The notes under the pieces: generated by a model
The model's database searches: none
What the model saw: only the letters and a program-made list of their open reading frames with translations
Told to the model about the DNA's origin: nothing
Position numbers and translations under genes: made by a program
NCBI GenBank assembly: GCA_963712735.1
Contig: CAVQIZ010000005.1
Location: forward strand, 490,535-554,534
Source of the DNA: an uncultured Chloroflexia bacterium
GTDB lineage: Bacteria > Chloroflexota > Limnocylindria > Limnocylindrales > CSP1-4
DNA length: 64,000 bases
Direction of reading: 5' to 3'
Part shown: one piece after another, positions 17,889-26,888 of the stretch
Position numbering within the stretch: the stretch's first letter is position 1
How the letters are laid out: the number at the start of each line of letters is the position of its first letter

Positions 17889-19727
17889 ATGAAGACCTCC
17901 TACCGCAACATGACCTGTGCCGACGCCCGTCCCGGCGACGTCGGCAAGCCCGCCACCCTGGCCGGGTGGGTCAACCGCCGGCGCGACCTGGGCCAGCTCA
18001 TCTTCCTCGACCTGCGCGACCGCTACGGCATCACCCAGGTCGTCATCGACAACGCCGATTCGCCCGCTGCCCACGCCGTGGCCGAGGGCGTACGCAGCGA
18101 GTACGTGGTTCGCGTTAGCGGCACCATCACCAAGCGCCTCGCGGGCATGGAGAACGACAAGCTCGCCACCGGCGAGGTGGAGCTGCGTGCCAGTCACGTC
18201 GAGATCCTCTCCACGGCCAAGACGCCGCCCTTCGTCATCAACGAACCGGCTGCCGAGGTCGACGAGGCCCTGCGGCTCAAGTACCGCTACCTGGACCTCC
18301 GTCGCGAGCCACTCCAGCAGCGCATCATCGCCCGGGGCCGGCTCGTCCAGGCCATCCGCGAAACCCATCAGGCGGCCGGCTTCGTGGAGGTCGAGACGCC
18401 CCTGCTGATCAAGTCCACACCCGAGGGCGCGCGTGACTTCATCGTGCCGTCGCGCTTGCAGCCGGGCAATGTCTATGCCCTGCCGCAGAGCCCACAGCAG
18501 ATGAAGCAGCTGCTGATGGTGGCCGGCTTCGACCGCTACTTCCAGATCGCACGCTGTATGCGAGATGAAGATCTCCGGGGTGACCGTCAGCCTGAATTCA
18601 CCCAGCTGGACCTGGAGATGAGCTTCGTCAACGACGGCGACGTCATGGCCTGGGTCGAGGAGATGGCGCTGGCGGTCACGCGGGCGGTGGTGCCCGATCG
18701 ACCGCTGCTCGATGACCCCTTCCCCCGCTTCACCTACCGCGAAGCCATCGACCGCTTCGGCTCGGACAAGCCCGACGTGCGCTACGGCATGGAGCTTCAC
18801 GACCTCGGCGAGCTGGCAGCCGCCTCCGGCTTCCGTGTCTTCGACGGCGTGCTCGAGGAGGGCGGCCGCGTCTTCGGTCTCGCCGCGAGCGGCATGGGAG
18901 GCGCGACGCGCAAGCAGATCGACGAGCTGACGGTGCTGGCACGCAAGGCCGGCGCCAGCGGCCTCGTGTGGCTGGCACTCGACGGCGCGGGTGGCATCCG
19001 CGGCTCCATCGTCAAGATCGTGGGCGAGGAGATGGCACACAAGCTGGCCGCTGCCACGGGTGCGACCGCCGGCGACCTGGTGCTGATCGTGGCCGATGCG
19101 GACATCACCGCCCAGGAAGTGCTCGGCTCCCTGCGCGTGGAGCTGGCCGAGCGAAACGCCCTCTACGACCGCGACGTGCTGAGCTACGTCTGGGTCTACC
19201 AGTTCCCCATGTACCAGTGGGACGCCGATCATGCCCGCTGGGACGCGACACACAACCCGTTCAGCGCCGTTCTGCCTGAGGACGAACCGCTCCTGACCAC
19301 CGTCTCGGGTGACCCCCTGGTAGCGAGCGTCGAGGATCCCGCCGGTCGCGCCCGCGCCCAGCAGTACGACCTGGCGCTCAACGGCTGGGAGCTCGGCGGG
19401 GGCTCGGTGCGCTTCCACACGCGCGAGATGCTGTCACGCTCGTTCTCGCTCATGGGCCACACGGCAGCCGCGCAGCAAGCCCAGTTCAGCGGCATCCTCG
19501 AGGCGTTCGAGTACGGCGCTCCACCCCACGGCGGCATCGCACTCGGCGTCGACCGCTGGATCGCGCTGTTGACGCGCCAGTCCAACATCCGTGAGGTGAT
19601 GGCCTTCCCCAAGACCTCCTCGGGGTCCGACCTGATGCTGGAGGCCCCGTCGCCGGTGGCCGTCGAGCAGCTCGACGAGCTCGGCCTGGCCCTCAAGCCG
19701 GTGAGGCCGACGGCGACTCGGACCTAG
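17889..19727 (+). CDS. aspS: Aspartate--tRNA ligase
   Basis: GWVNRRRDLG, FLDLRDRYG, STPEGARDF, LPQSPQQMKQLLM, DRQPEFTQLDLE, GAPPHGGIALG; start chosen at ATG 17889 because TACCAT (-10) overlaps the ATG at 17877. Confidence 0.98.
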   Translation: MKTSYRNMTCADARPGDVGKPATLAGWVNRRRDLGQLIFLDLRDRYGITQVVIDNADSPAAHAVAEGVRSEYVVRVSGTITKRLAGMENDKLATGEVELRASHVEILSTAKTPPFVINEPAAEVDEALRLKYRYLDLRREPLQQRIIARGRLVQAIRETHQAAGFVEVETPLLIKSTPEGARDFIVPSRLQPGNVYALPQSPQQMKQLLMVAGFDRYFQIARCMRDEDLRGDRQPEFTQLDLEMSFVNDGDVMAWVEEMALAVTRAVVPDRPLLDDPFPRFTYREAIDRFGSDKPDVRYGMELHDLGELAAASGFRVFDGVLEEGGRVFGLAASGMGGATRKQIDELTVLARKAGASGLVWLALDGAGGIRGSIVKIVGEEMAHKLAAATGATAGDLVLIVADADITAQEVLGSLRVELAERNALYDRDVLSYVWVYQFPMYQWDADHARWDATHNPFSAVLPEDEPLLTTVSGDPLVASVEDPAGRARAQQYDLALNGWELGGGSVRFHTREMLSRSFSLMGHTAAAQQAQFSGILEAFEYGAPPHGGIALGVDRWIALLTRQSNIREVMAFPKTSSGSDLMLEAPSPVAVEQLDELGLALKPVRPTATRT

Positions 19728-19760
19728 CGGTCCCAGGAGCCCAGCGAGCCGGGCAAGCTG

Positions 19761-20414
19761 CTACGGTCCGGCGGGTTCGCGGCCCAGCTCGGGCTCAGGC
19801 TGATCGGCCGCTGCGGCCCCCCACTCGGGCGGCGGTCCGCCCACCGGCTCCGGTGGCCCGGCATAGTCGGGCAAGTCGTCGAGCGCGACCTCGCGGCCCA
19901 GGACCGAGCCCGGATCGCCCAGCTCCACCGCGGCGACCGGGATGCCCTCCAGCGCCTCCTCGGCCGTCCCGCCGGGAGCGGCCAGCACATCAGCGACGAG
20001 CGCCGCGGGCAGCAGCACGGGCCAGCCCGACTCTCCCGCCCGCCGCGGGCGCGTGACCGATCCCGGAGAGCGACCGTGGGCCTCGATGAGCGACGTCACG
20101 GTCTCTGGGTCAGCCCAGGTCATGCGGCCGGGCCACAGCAGCACGGCACTGGTCTCACGCACGGTCGCGCTGGCGGCCTCGGCCCCCAGCCGGTAGGTCT
20201 GGACCTCTGACGCGCGACCCGGATCGACCACCAGCGCCGGCGATTCCTGCAGGGTCGCGGCGATGCGTCCATCCGGATCGGCCGCCACGACCACGATGGG
20301 GATGGCCCCACCGGCCCAGGCGGCGTCCACGATGCGGCGAACGGACGTCCGGCCGGTGGCATCGGCCAGAGCCTCGTCGACACTGTCAGGAACGATGACG
20401 GCTGCGACGGTCAT
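19761..20414 (-). CDS. MobA/MocA-like nucleotidyltransferase-fold protein (degenerate)
   Basis: RRIVDAAWAGGAIPIVVV, LLWPGRMTWADPETV and GWPVLLP resemble the NTP_transf_3 family, but the N-terminal LAAG/GxxK motif is missing. Confidence 0.55.
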   Translation of the reverse strand: MTVAAVIVPDSVDEALADATGRTSVRRIVDAAWAGGAIPIVVVAADPDGRIAATLQESPALVVDPGRASEVQTYRLGAEAASATVRETSAVLLWPGRMTWADPETVTSLIEAHGRSPGSVTRPRRAGESGWPVLLPAALVADVLAAPGGTAEEALEGIPVAAVELGDPGSVLGREVALDDLPDYAGPPEPVGGPPPEWGAAAADQPEPELGREPAGP

Positions 20415-21352
20415 GAGCGCTTGGACGAGCCGGCAGCCGGCCGCTCGTCGTCCTCCTCGCGTGTCCACTCGGGCGGTGCGGCCCAGGCCCAGGGTGAGCG
20501 CTGCGCCCTGGGCTCGACCGACGTCGGCAGCTCGATACCATCGCGCTCGTGGGCCGCGTTCGTGCGTGGCACCGTCGCCGGCCGCGAACTGCTCGCCGGC
20601 GCCTCAGCCGGGCGCTCGGTAGCGGGTGGCTCGCCGTCGGCAGCGGCGCCCGTGCCGGCGCCCCCGCCAGCGCGGGGAGGTGCGTCCGGTGGCCGGGCGT
20701 CGGGGGAGGGGAGATCACCGGCAGGCTCGGGTGTCACGGCAGCGACGGCGGTCCCGGTCACGTCGCCAGCGATGTCGTCCGTTCTCGGTTGGCCCAGCGA
20801 CGACGAGTGCCCGATGCGCAGCGCCAGCTCGCTCGCCGGCGCGCTGCTGGTCGCCCGCCGGGGCAGCGAGCGCGGCAGCTGCGCGACGAGCGCCTGGGTC
20901 GTCGGTGAGACGCGCGGGACACGCGTGCCCGGGCGCAGCTTCTGTCGCTGGTCCCAGCGCCAGCGTCGCGGCGAATTGATGAAGACACCGCCGATGATGC
21001 CGTAGCCTGCGGCCAACGTTGCCAGCAGCAGGGGCGCGCCGGCAACGCGGAAGAGATCCGTACCGAACCAGCCCAGCACGAGGGCGAAACCGAGGAACAT
21101 CGCGGCAGGGGTCGCGGCGGCAGCCAGCGGCCAGCCCACGCCCCCGAAGAGCCAGTACAGCCAGCTGCCGCCGATGGCAAGACCGAGCAGAGCGAGGATG
21201 GTGGCGACCGGGCCGAAACCGACGCCCCGGTCGTCCCAGACGCCGACTGCCAGGTACATCAGGACGCCCACCAGGAATGCCTGCGACGCGGACAGCAGCA
21301 GCTCCACGGCCACGACGTCAAGGGGGCGGGCGACGGGTTCGCGAACCTTCAC
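20411..21352 (-). CDS. Hypothetical membrane protein (about 4 N-terminal TM helices, Pro/Ala-rich tail)
   Basis: Hydrophobic stretches followed by a low-complexity region; TATGCT box 6 nt upstream of GTG 21352; overlaps the next gene by ATGA. Confidence 0.7.
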   Translation of the reverse strand: MKVREPVARPLDVVAVELLLSASQAFLVGVLMYLAVGVWDDRGVGFGPVATILALLGLAIGGSWLYWLFGGVGWPLAAAATPAAMFLGFALVLGWFGTDLFRVAGAPLLLATLAAGYGIIGGVFINSPRRWRWDQRQKLRPGTRVPRVSPTTQALVAQLPRSLPRRATSSAPASELALRIGHSSSLGQPRTDDIAGDVTGTAVAAVTPEPAGDLPSPDARPPDAPPRAGGGAGTGAAADGEPPATERPAEAPASSSRPATVPRTNAAHERDGIELPTSVEPRAQRSPWAWAAPPEWTREEDDERPAAGSSKRS

Positions 21353-21402
21353 CGCGCCAGCATACGGGTACTCGGCCGCCGCGTGCGACAATCGGGTCTC
21401 CC

Positions 21403-23334
21403 ATGGGAACCGTGCCCTCGAACCACCTGTCTACCGAGACCACCCGCAGTGACCTGCGCGACGTGGCCATCGTGGCGCATGTCGATCACGGCAAGACCAC
21501 GCTCGTGGATGCCATGCTGCGCCAGTCAGGCGCCTTCCGTGTCGACCAGGTCGTGGCCGAGCGGATCATGGATTCGATGGACCTGGAGCGTGAGCGTGGC
21601 ATCACGATCCTGGCCAAGCAGACCGGTATCGACTACCGCGGGGTCCGCCTCAACATCGTGGACACCCCGGGGCATGCCGACTTCGGAGGCGAGGTCGAAC
21701 GCAGCCTGCTGATGGTCGACTCGGTGTTGCTGCTGGTCGACGCCGCCGAGGGACCGCTGCCCCAGACCCGCTACGTGCTGTCCAAGGCCATGGAACGGCG
21801 CCTCCCCGTCATCGTCGCCATCAACAAGATCGATCGCAGCGACGCTCGGCCCGCGACCGTGGTGGACCAGGTGTATGAGCTCTTCATGGACCTCGGCGCC
21901 GACGAGCACCAGATCGAGTTCCCCATCGTCTACACCAACGCCCGCGCCGGGACCGCCACCCCGGACCTGGCGCAGCCGGGCACCGATCTGCGACCCCTGA
22001 TGGACCTGCTGCTGAAGCACACGCCGGCACCGGTCTACGAGCCGGGGCACCCACTGCAGCTGCTCGTGACCAACCTCAGCGCCAACGACTACGTGGGGCG
22101 CATGGCCATCGGCCGTGTCCGCAACGGCAGCATCCGCATGGGCCAGCGCATCACCGTCCTGCGTCAGGAGGAGGAGACCACCGACGGCGCCGTGGAGCCG
22201 GGCCGCGTCGTTCGCCTGACCGGATCCGTCACCTCACTCACCCACGCGCAGGGCATCGAGCTGGTGGAGATCGAGGAAGCCGGCCCCGGGGACATCGTCG
22301 CCGTCGCGGGGCTGCCGGAGATCACCATCGGCGACACCATCACCGAGCCCACCGACCCGCGACCACTGCCACGCCTGACGGTGGACGAGCCCACGTTGCG
22401 CATGACCTTCGGGGTCAACACCTCGCCGCTCTCGGGGCGCGACGGCAGGTTCCTCACCTCGCGCCAGATCCGTGCCCGACTGGAGCGTGAGGTGCTGGGC
22501 AACGTCAGCATCGAGTTCCTACCCACCGGCTCGGCCGAGACGTTCGAGGTCCGCGGTCGTGGCGAGCTGCAGCTGGCGGTGCTCATCGAACAGATGCGCC
22601 GCGAGGGCTTCGAGCTGCAGGTGTCGCGCCCCGAAGTGCTGCTGCACCAGGTGGACGGCGAGATCCACGAGCCCTACGAGCGCGTGAGCGTCGATATCCC
22701 GCCCGAGCACATCGGGACCGTCACCGCCTCGCTGGCGGCACGTCGCGCACGGGTCGAGCAGATGACCACCGATGCCGACGGGCGCACGCGCATCGAGGCC
22801 ATCATGCCCACGCGTGGCCTGGTCGGCTATCGCGGGCAGTTCCTGACCGAGACCCGAGGGACCGGACTGCTGCACCAGATCGGGGAGGGCTACGGGCCAT
22901 GGGCCGGCGAGGTGGAGCATCGCACCAGTGGTGTGCTCGTCTCGGACCGCGCGGGCACGTCCAACGCCTACGGGCTGTTCAACCTGCAGGAACGGGCGAA
23001 GCTGCTCATCGGAGCCGGGGTGCAGGTCTACGAGGGCATGATCGTGGGGGAGAACTCACGGCCGGGTGACATGGACGTCAATCCCACCAAGGAGAAGAAG
23101 CTCACGAACATCCGAACCCACAGTCACGACGATGCGCTGCGCCTCACGCCTCCGCCGCCGATGACGCTGGAGTCGGCCATCGAGTTCATCGCAGCGGATG
23201 AGCTCGTGGAGGTGACGCCCACCGCCATCCGCCTGCGCAAGCGCCTGCTCTCACAGCACGACCGACGGCGTGAGCGCGGCCGCGATGATGACCTGCGCCG
23301 TAGCCACGAGCGGGAGGGCGCAGCGGCCCGCTAG
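21403..23334 (+). CDS. typA: Translational GTPase TypA/BipA
   Basis: [80 protein letters not shown]. Confidence 0.97.
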   Translation: MGTVPSNHLSTETTRSDLRDVAIVAHVDHGKTTLVDAMLRQSGAFRVDQVVAERIMDSMDLERERGITILAKQTGIDYRGVRLNIVDTPGHADFGGEVERSLLMVDSVLLLVDAAEGPLPQTRYVLSKAMERRLPVIVAINKIDRSDARPATVVDQVYELFMDLGADEHQIEFPIVYTNARAGTATPDLAQPGTDLRPLMDLLLKHTPAPVYEPGHPLQLLVTNLSANDYVGRMAIGRVRNGSIRMGQRITVLRQEEETTDGAVEPGRVVRLTGSVTSLTHAQGIELVEIEEAGPGDIVAVAGLPEITIGDTITEPTDPRPLPRLTVDEPTLRMTFGVNTSPLSGRDGRFLTSRQIRARLEREVLGNVSIEFLPTGSAETFEVRGRGELQLAVLIEQMRREGFELQVSRPEVLLHQVDGEIHEPYERVSVDIPPEHIGTVTASLAARRARVEQMTTDADGRTRIEAIMPTRGLVGYRGQFLTETRGTGLLHQIGEGYGPWAGEVEHRTSGVLVSDRAGTSNAYGLFNLQERAKLLIGAGVQVYEGMIVGENSRPGDMDVNPTKEKKLTNIRTHSHDDALRLTPPPPMTLESAIEFIAADELVEVTPTAIRLRKRLLSQHDRRRERGRDDDLRRSHEREGAAAR

Positions 23335-23358
23335 GCCCCTCGCGCTACGATTGCGCCG

Positions 23359-24534
23359 GTGACCGTCTATCTCGACCACGCTGCCTCGACACCGCTGCGC
23401 CCGGAGGTGCTTGAGCAGATGCTGCCGCACCTGCAGGGCCCCGGAGGCAATCCCTCTTCGCCACATGCACCGGGCCGCCGCGCACGCCGGGCACTCGACG
23501 AAGCCCACGAGCGCCTGGCGAGCAGCATCGGGGCCGAACCGCGAGCCATCGTCTTCACCTCCGGCGGGACCGAGGCCATCAACCTCGCGCTCAAGGGTGT
23601 CGCCTGGGCGGGCAAGGCCGAAGGCCATCGCATCGTCACCAGCGCGGTCGAGCACAAGGCCGTGCTGGAGTCATGCCTGCTGCTGGAGAAGTTCGGCTTC
23701 GAGGTCAGGCGCCTGCCGGTCGACCGCTACGGCCGGGTCGACGCCGATGACCTCTCCGCCGCCCTGGACGAGAAGACCATCCTGGTGAGCCTGCAGCTGG
23801 CCAACAACGAGGTTGGCACGATCCAGCCCATCAGCGAGCTCATCGCCTGCGTTCGCGCCGCCTCGAACGCCCGCATCCATCTCGACGCGGTGCAGGCGGC
23901 GGCGTGGCTGCCGCTCGATGTCGGGCTGCTCGATGCCGACCTGGTATCGCTGGCGGCACACAAGGTCGAGGGTCCCCAGGGCACCGGTGCACTCTGGGTC
24001 CGCCGTGCCACGGCGTTCCTGCCGCAGCTGCATGGGGGCTCCCAGGAGCGCTACCGCCGTGCCGGCACGGAGAACGTGGCCGGGGCCGTGGGGATGGCCG
24101 TGGCCTTCGAGCTGGCGGCGGCCGAGCGCGAGACCATCGTGCCCCGTGTGCGCTCGCTGCGTGATCGGCTGGCTGAGACCCTGCTGCGCATCGACGACGT
24201 CGAGCTGACCGGGCATCCCGTCGAGCGCTTGCCCAACGTGCTCTCGGTCATCGTGCGCGACGTCAGCGGCGATGACATCGTCATCGGCCTCGACCTCGAT
24301 GGTATCGCCGCCTCGACCGGCTCGGCCTGTACGTCCGGTTCGAGCGAGCCCTCGCACGTGCTCAGCGCGATGGGCTATCCGCCGGCAGAGGCCCATGGGG
24401 CCCTGCGGCTGTCCCTCGGGCGCAGCAGCAGCGCGCGTGACGTCGAGGCAGTGCAGCGCGCGCTGCCCGCGATCATCGAGCGCCTACGCGCCGGTGCCTT
24501 GCGACTGCCCGGGCCAGGGGAGCCGGTCGCATGA
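23359..24534 (+). CDS. iscS: Cysteine desulfurase (IscS/NifS group I)
   Basis: [21 protein letters not shown] lysine in AHK, catalytic STGSACTSG; coupled to mnmA by ATGA overlap. Confidence 0.9.
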   Translation: MTVYLDHAASTPLRPEVLEQMLPHLQGPGGNPSSPHAPGRRARRALDEAHERLASSIGAEPRAIVFTSGGTEAINLALKGVAWAGKAEGHRIVTSAVEHKAVLESCLLLEKFGFEVRRLPVDRYGRVDADDLSAALDEKTILVSLQLANNEVGTIQPISELIACVRAASNARIHLDAVQAAAWLPLDVGLLDADLVSLAAHKVEGPQGTGALWVRRATAFLPQLHGGSQERYRRAGTENVAGAVGMAVAFELAAAERETIVPRVRSLRDRLAETLLRIDDVELTGHPVERLPNVLSVIVRDVSGDDIVIGLDLDGIAASTGSACTSGSSEPSHVLSAMGYPPAEAHGALRLSLGRSSSARDVEAVQRALPAIIERLRAGALRLPGPGEPVA

Positions 24535-25640
24535 CGCGTGAGCGCATCCTCGTGGCCATGTCTGGCGGAGTCGACTCATCCGCTGCTGCGGCCCTGCTGC
24601 GGGACCAGGGTCACGACGTGGTGGGCGTCTGGATGCGACTGCACGATGGAGCGGACACGTACAGCGCCAGCAACCGCTCCTGCTGCTCGCTCGATGCCGC
24701 CGAGGATGCCCGACGCGTCGCAGGGCAGCTGGAGATCCCCTTCTACGTGCTCAACCTTGAGCGGGAGTTCAGCGCCGGTGTGCTGGAGCCCTTCTTCGCT
24801 GCCTACCTCGACGGCCGCACGCCGAGCCCATGCGTGGACTGCAACTCGCTGGTCAAGTTCGGGGCGCTCCTGGGGCGCGCCCGACACCTCTACGGCTGCG
24901 ACGCCGTCGCCACCGGACACTACGCCCGCATCGGCACCTCGATCGACGACGCCGGCCGGAAGCGCTACCGACTGCTGGCCGGACTCGATGCCGACAAGGA
25001 CCAGAGCTACTTCCTCTACGGCCTCGGCCAGGACCAGCTGACGCACACGCGCTTCCCGCTGGGCGAGCTCACCAAGCCGCAGGTGCGCGACCTGGCGCGT
25101 CGCCACGGGCTGGCCACGGCCGACAAGCCCGAGAGCCAGGAGGTCTGCTTCGTCCGCGAGGGCGACTACCGCGCCGAGCTGCAGAAGCGCGCCGACTGGC
25201 AGCCCACCCCGGGGCCACTGGTCGATGCCGACGGCAGCACCGTCGGTGAGCACGCCGGCGCACCCGCCTACACCATCGGGCAGCGCAGCGGCCTGGGCGT
25301 CGCCCTCGGTGAGCGCCAGTACGTGGCTGCCATCGACACCCGACAGAACCTGGTCACGCTCGGCCGCCGCGAGGACCTCTACCGGCAGAGCTTCGAAGTG
25401 TCGGACGTCTCGTTCATCGACGAAGCGCCGGACACGGCGTTCAGGTGCCGCGTCCGCATCCGCCATCGCGCCGAGCCGGTGCCCGGACGCGTCCAGCCAG
25501 CTGACGCGCGTGGCTGGAGCGTGCTGCTCGACCGCCCGGCGTGGGCCCCCGCCCCGGGCCAGGCGGCGGTCTTCTACGATGACGCCGATGGCGTGATCGG
25601 CGGTGGGCGCATCGCCGCCGGCGCTGCTGTCGCCGCCTAG
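24531..25640 (+). CDS. mnmA: tRNA 2-thiouridine(34) synthase MnmA
   Basis: [12 protein letters not shown]-loop, [47 protein letters not shown]. Confidence 0.97.
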   Translation: MTRERILVAMSGGVDSSAAAALLRDQGHDVVGVWMRLHDGADTYSASNRSCCSLDAAEDARRVAGQLEIPFYVLNLEREFSAGVLEPFFAAYLDGRTPSPCVDCNSLVKFGALLGRARHLYGCDAVATGHYARIGTSIDDAGRKRYRLLAGLDADKDQSYFLYGLGQDQLTHTRFPLGELTKPQVRDLARRHGLATADKPESQEVCFVREGDYRAELQKRADWQPTPGPLVDADGSTVGEHAGAPAYTIGQRSGLGVALGERQYVAAIDTRQNLVTLGRREDLYRQSFEVSDVSFIDEAPDTAFRCRVRIRHRAEPVPGRVQPADARGWSVLLDRPAWAPAPGQAAVFYDDADGVIGGGRIAAGAAVAA

Positions 25641-25657
25641 CCGTCCGCAGCCACGAC

Positions 25658-25990
25658 GTGGACCAGGGCCTCGCCACCTTCGTGCTCGAGCCGGTCTTCG
25701 TGCTGTCGCTGCTCGTCGGCGCCTTCCACACGAGCGTCTATGTCTTCGTACGCGGCAACCTCGGCTGGCACCTGCCGGGCGTGCTGGTGGCGGCGATCCT
25801 CGGGGCCCTCGCGGGCCAGGCCATCGGCGCCCGCGTTGGGGACTTCCTCAGCATCGGCGACTACAGCCTGCTGTGGGCCTCGGCGCTGGCTTGGCTGGGA
25901 ATCGGCATCGCCATCGTCGCCAGCGGGCTCGCCACGCGTCCGCCTCCACCGCCGTCGACGGGCGGCGAGGTGCGACCCCGCCGGGACTGA
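25658..25990 (+). CDS. Small hypothetical membrane protein (3 TM, Gly/Ala-rich)
   Basis: Three hydrophobic segments with GxxxG-like AILGALAGQAIG; GC3-rich codons. Confidence 0.65.
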   Translation: MDQGLATFVLEPVFVLSLLVGAFHTSVYVFVRGNLGWHLPGVLVAAILGALAGQAIGARVGDFLSIGDYSLLWASALAWLGIGIAIVASGLATRPPPPPSTGGEVRPRRD

Positions 25991-26032
25991 CTGTAGAACT
26001 GACGGACATGGGGTACGACTCGCGCGCAGCGG

Positions 26033-26791
26033 TCAGTCCAGGCGGGACACGTCCGGCTCGACCCCTTCACGTGGAGCGGCATCGGGCGGCAGATCGTGGG
26101 GGTGAACCTCCAGCGCCGCATCCACGCCTCCGATGCCCAGCACGGCCGGCTTGATGGGCGCGTCCGGCACACGCTGTCCCTCGCGCCAACGCTGGAAGAG
26201 CGCGATGGAGGTGGCGAGGATGGCTGACAACACGAACCCGAAGACCATCGCCAGCCAGGGCCGATCCTGGATCAACGCACCGCCGATGAAACCGGGCAGA
26301 GCCGCCTGGAAGGACCAGATGACCGCGGCCAGGGCGTCGTAGATGACGAATCGAGGCCAGCTGAAGTGCAGCACCCCGGCCCCGATGGCGACGGCCGTGC
26401 GGCCGCCGGGGATGAAGCGACCGACGATGACGAAGGTGCCACCTCGCTTGTCGAACTGCTCCTGCACCGCAGCAAGCTGCTTGGTGTTGCCTCGTAGGAC
26501 CTTCTGCACCAGCGGCCGGCCTGCCGCCCGCCCGATCCAGTAGGCCACGTTGTCGCCGATGAAGGCGCCCAGCCCTGCCGCGAGCATGATCCAGACGACG
26601 TTCAGCCTGCCCTGGCCGGCCAGCACGGCCGCCGCCGTGATGGTGGCCTCCGCCGGCACGATCGGCGCCAGCACATCGATGGCCGCCATCCCCATGATGA
26701 CCAGGTAGGTGAGCGGCGAATCGGTGACCAGCGCGGCCAGCGAATTGATCAGCCCCGTGATCCAGGTGAGGAAGTCGGTGAGGATGCCCAT
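26033..26791 (-). CDS. dedA: DedA family membrane protein
   Basis: APIVPAEA, GAFIGDNVAYWIGR, VGRFIPGGRT, GVLHFSWPRFVIYD. Confidence 0.9.
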   Translation of the reverse strand: MGILTDFLTWITGLINSLAALVTDSPLTYLVIMGMAAIDVLAPIVPAEATITAAAVLAGQGRLNVVWIMLAAGLGAFIGDNVAYWIGRAAGRPLVQKVLRGNTKQLAAVQEQFDKRGGTFVIVGRFIPGGRTAVAIGAGVLHFSWPRFVIYDALAAVIWSFQAALPGFIGGALIQDRPWLAMVFGFVLSAILATSIALFQRWREGQRVPDAPIKPAVLGIGGVDAALEVHPHDLPPDAAPREGVEPDVSRLD

Positions 26792-26888
26792 CGGTGCCGG
26801 CTAGCCTACCGTGCCCACGGCACCGCGCTCGGCTGACCCACGCGCATGCGGCTGCGTCGCGCCTGGGGCGGCCTCATACTGTCGCTCC

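Noticed and set aside
17889-18200. Calling AspRS discriminating or non-discriminating from the anticodon-domain residues
   Set aside because: The signals conflict (RDLG suggests discriminating, RLAG suggests non-discriminating) and cannot be resolved without an alignment and the genome's asnS/gatCAB content.
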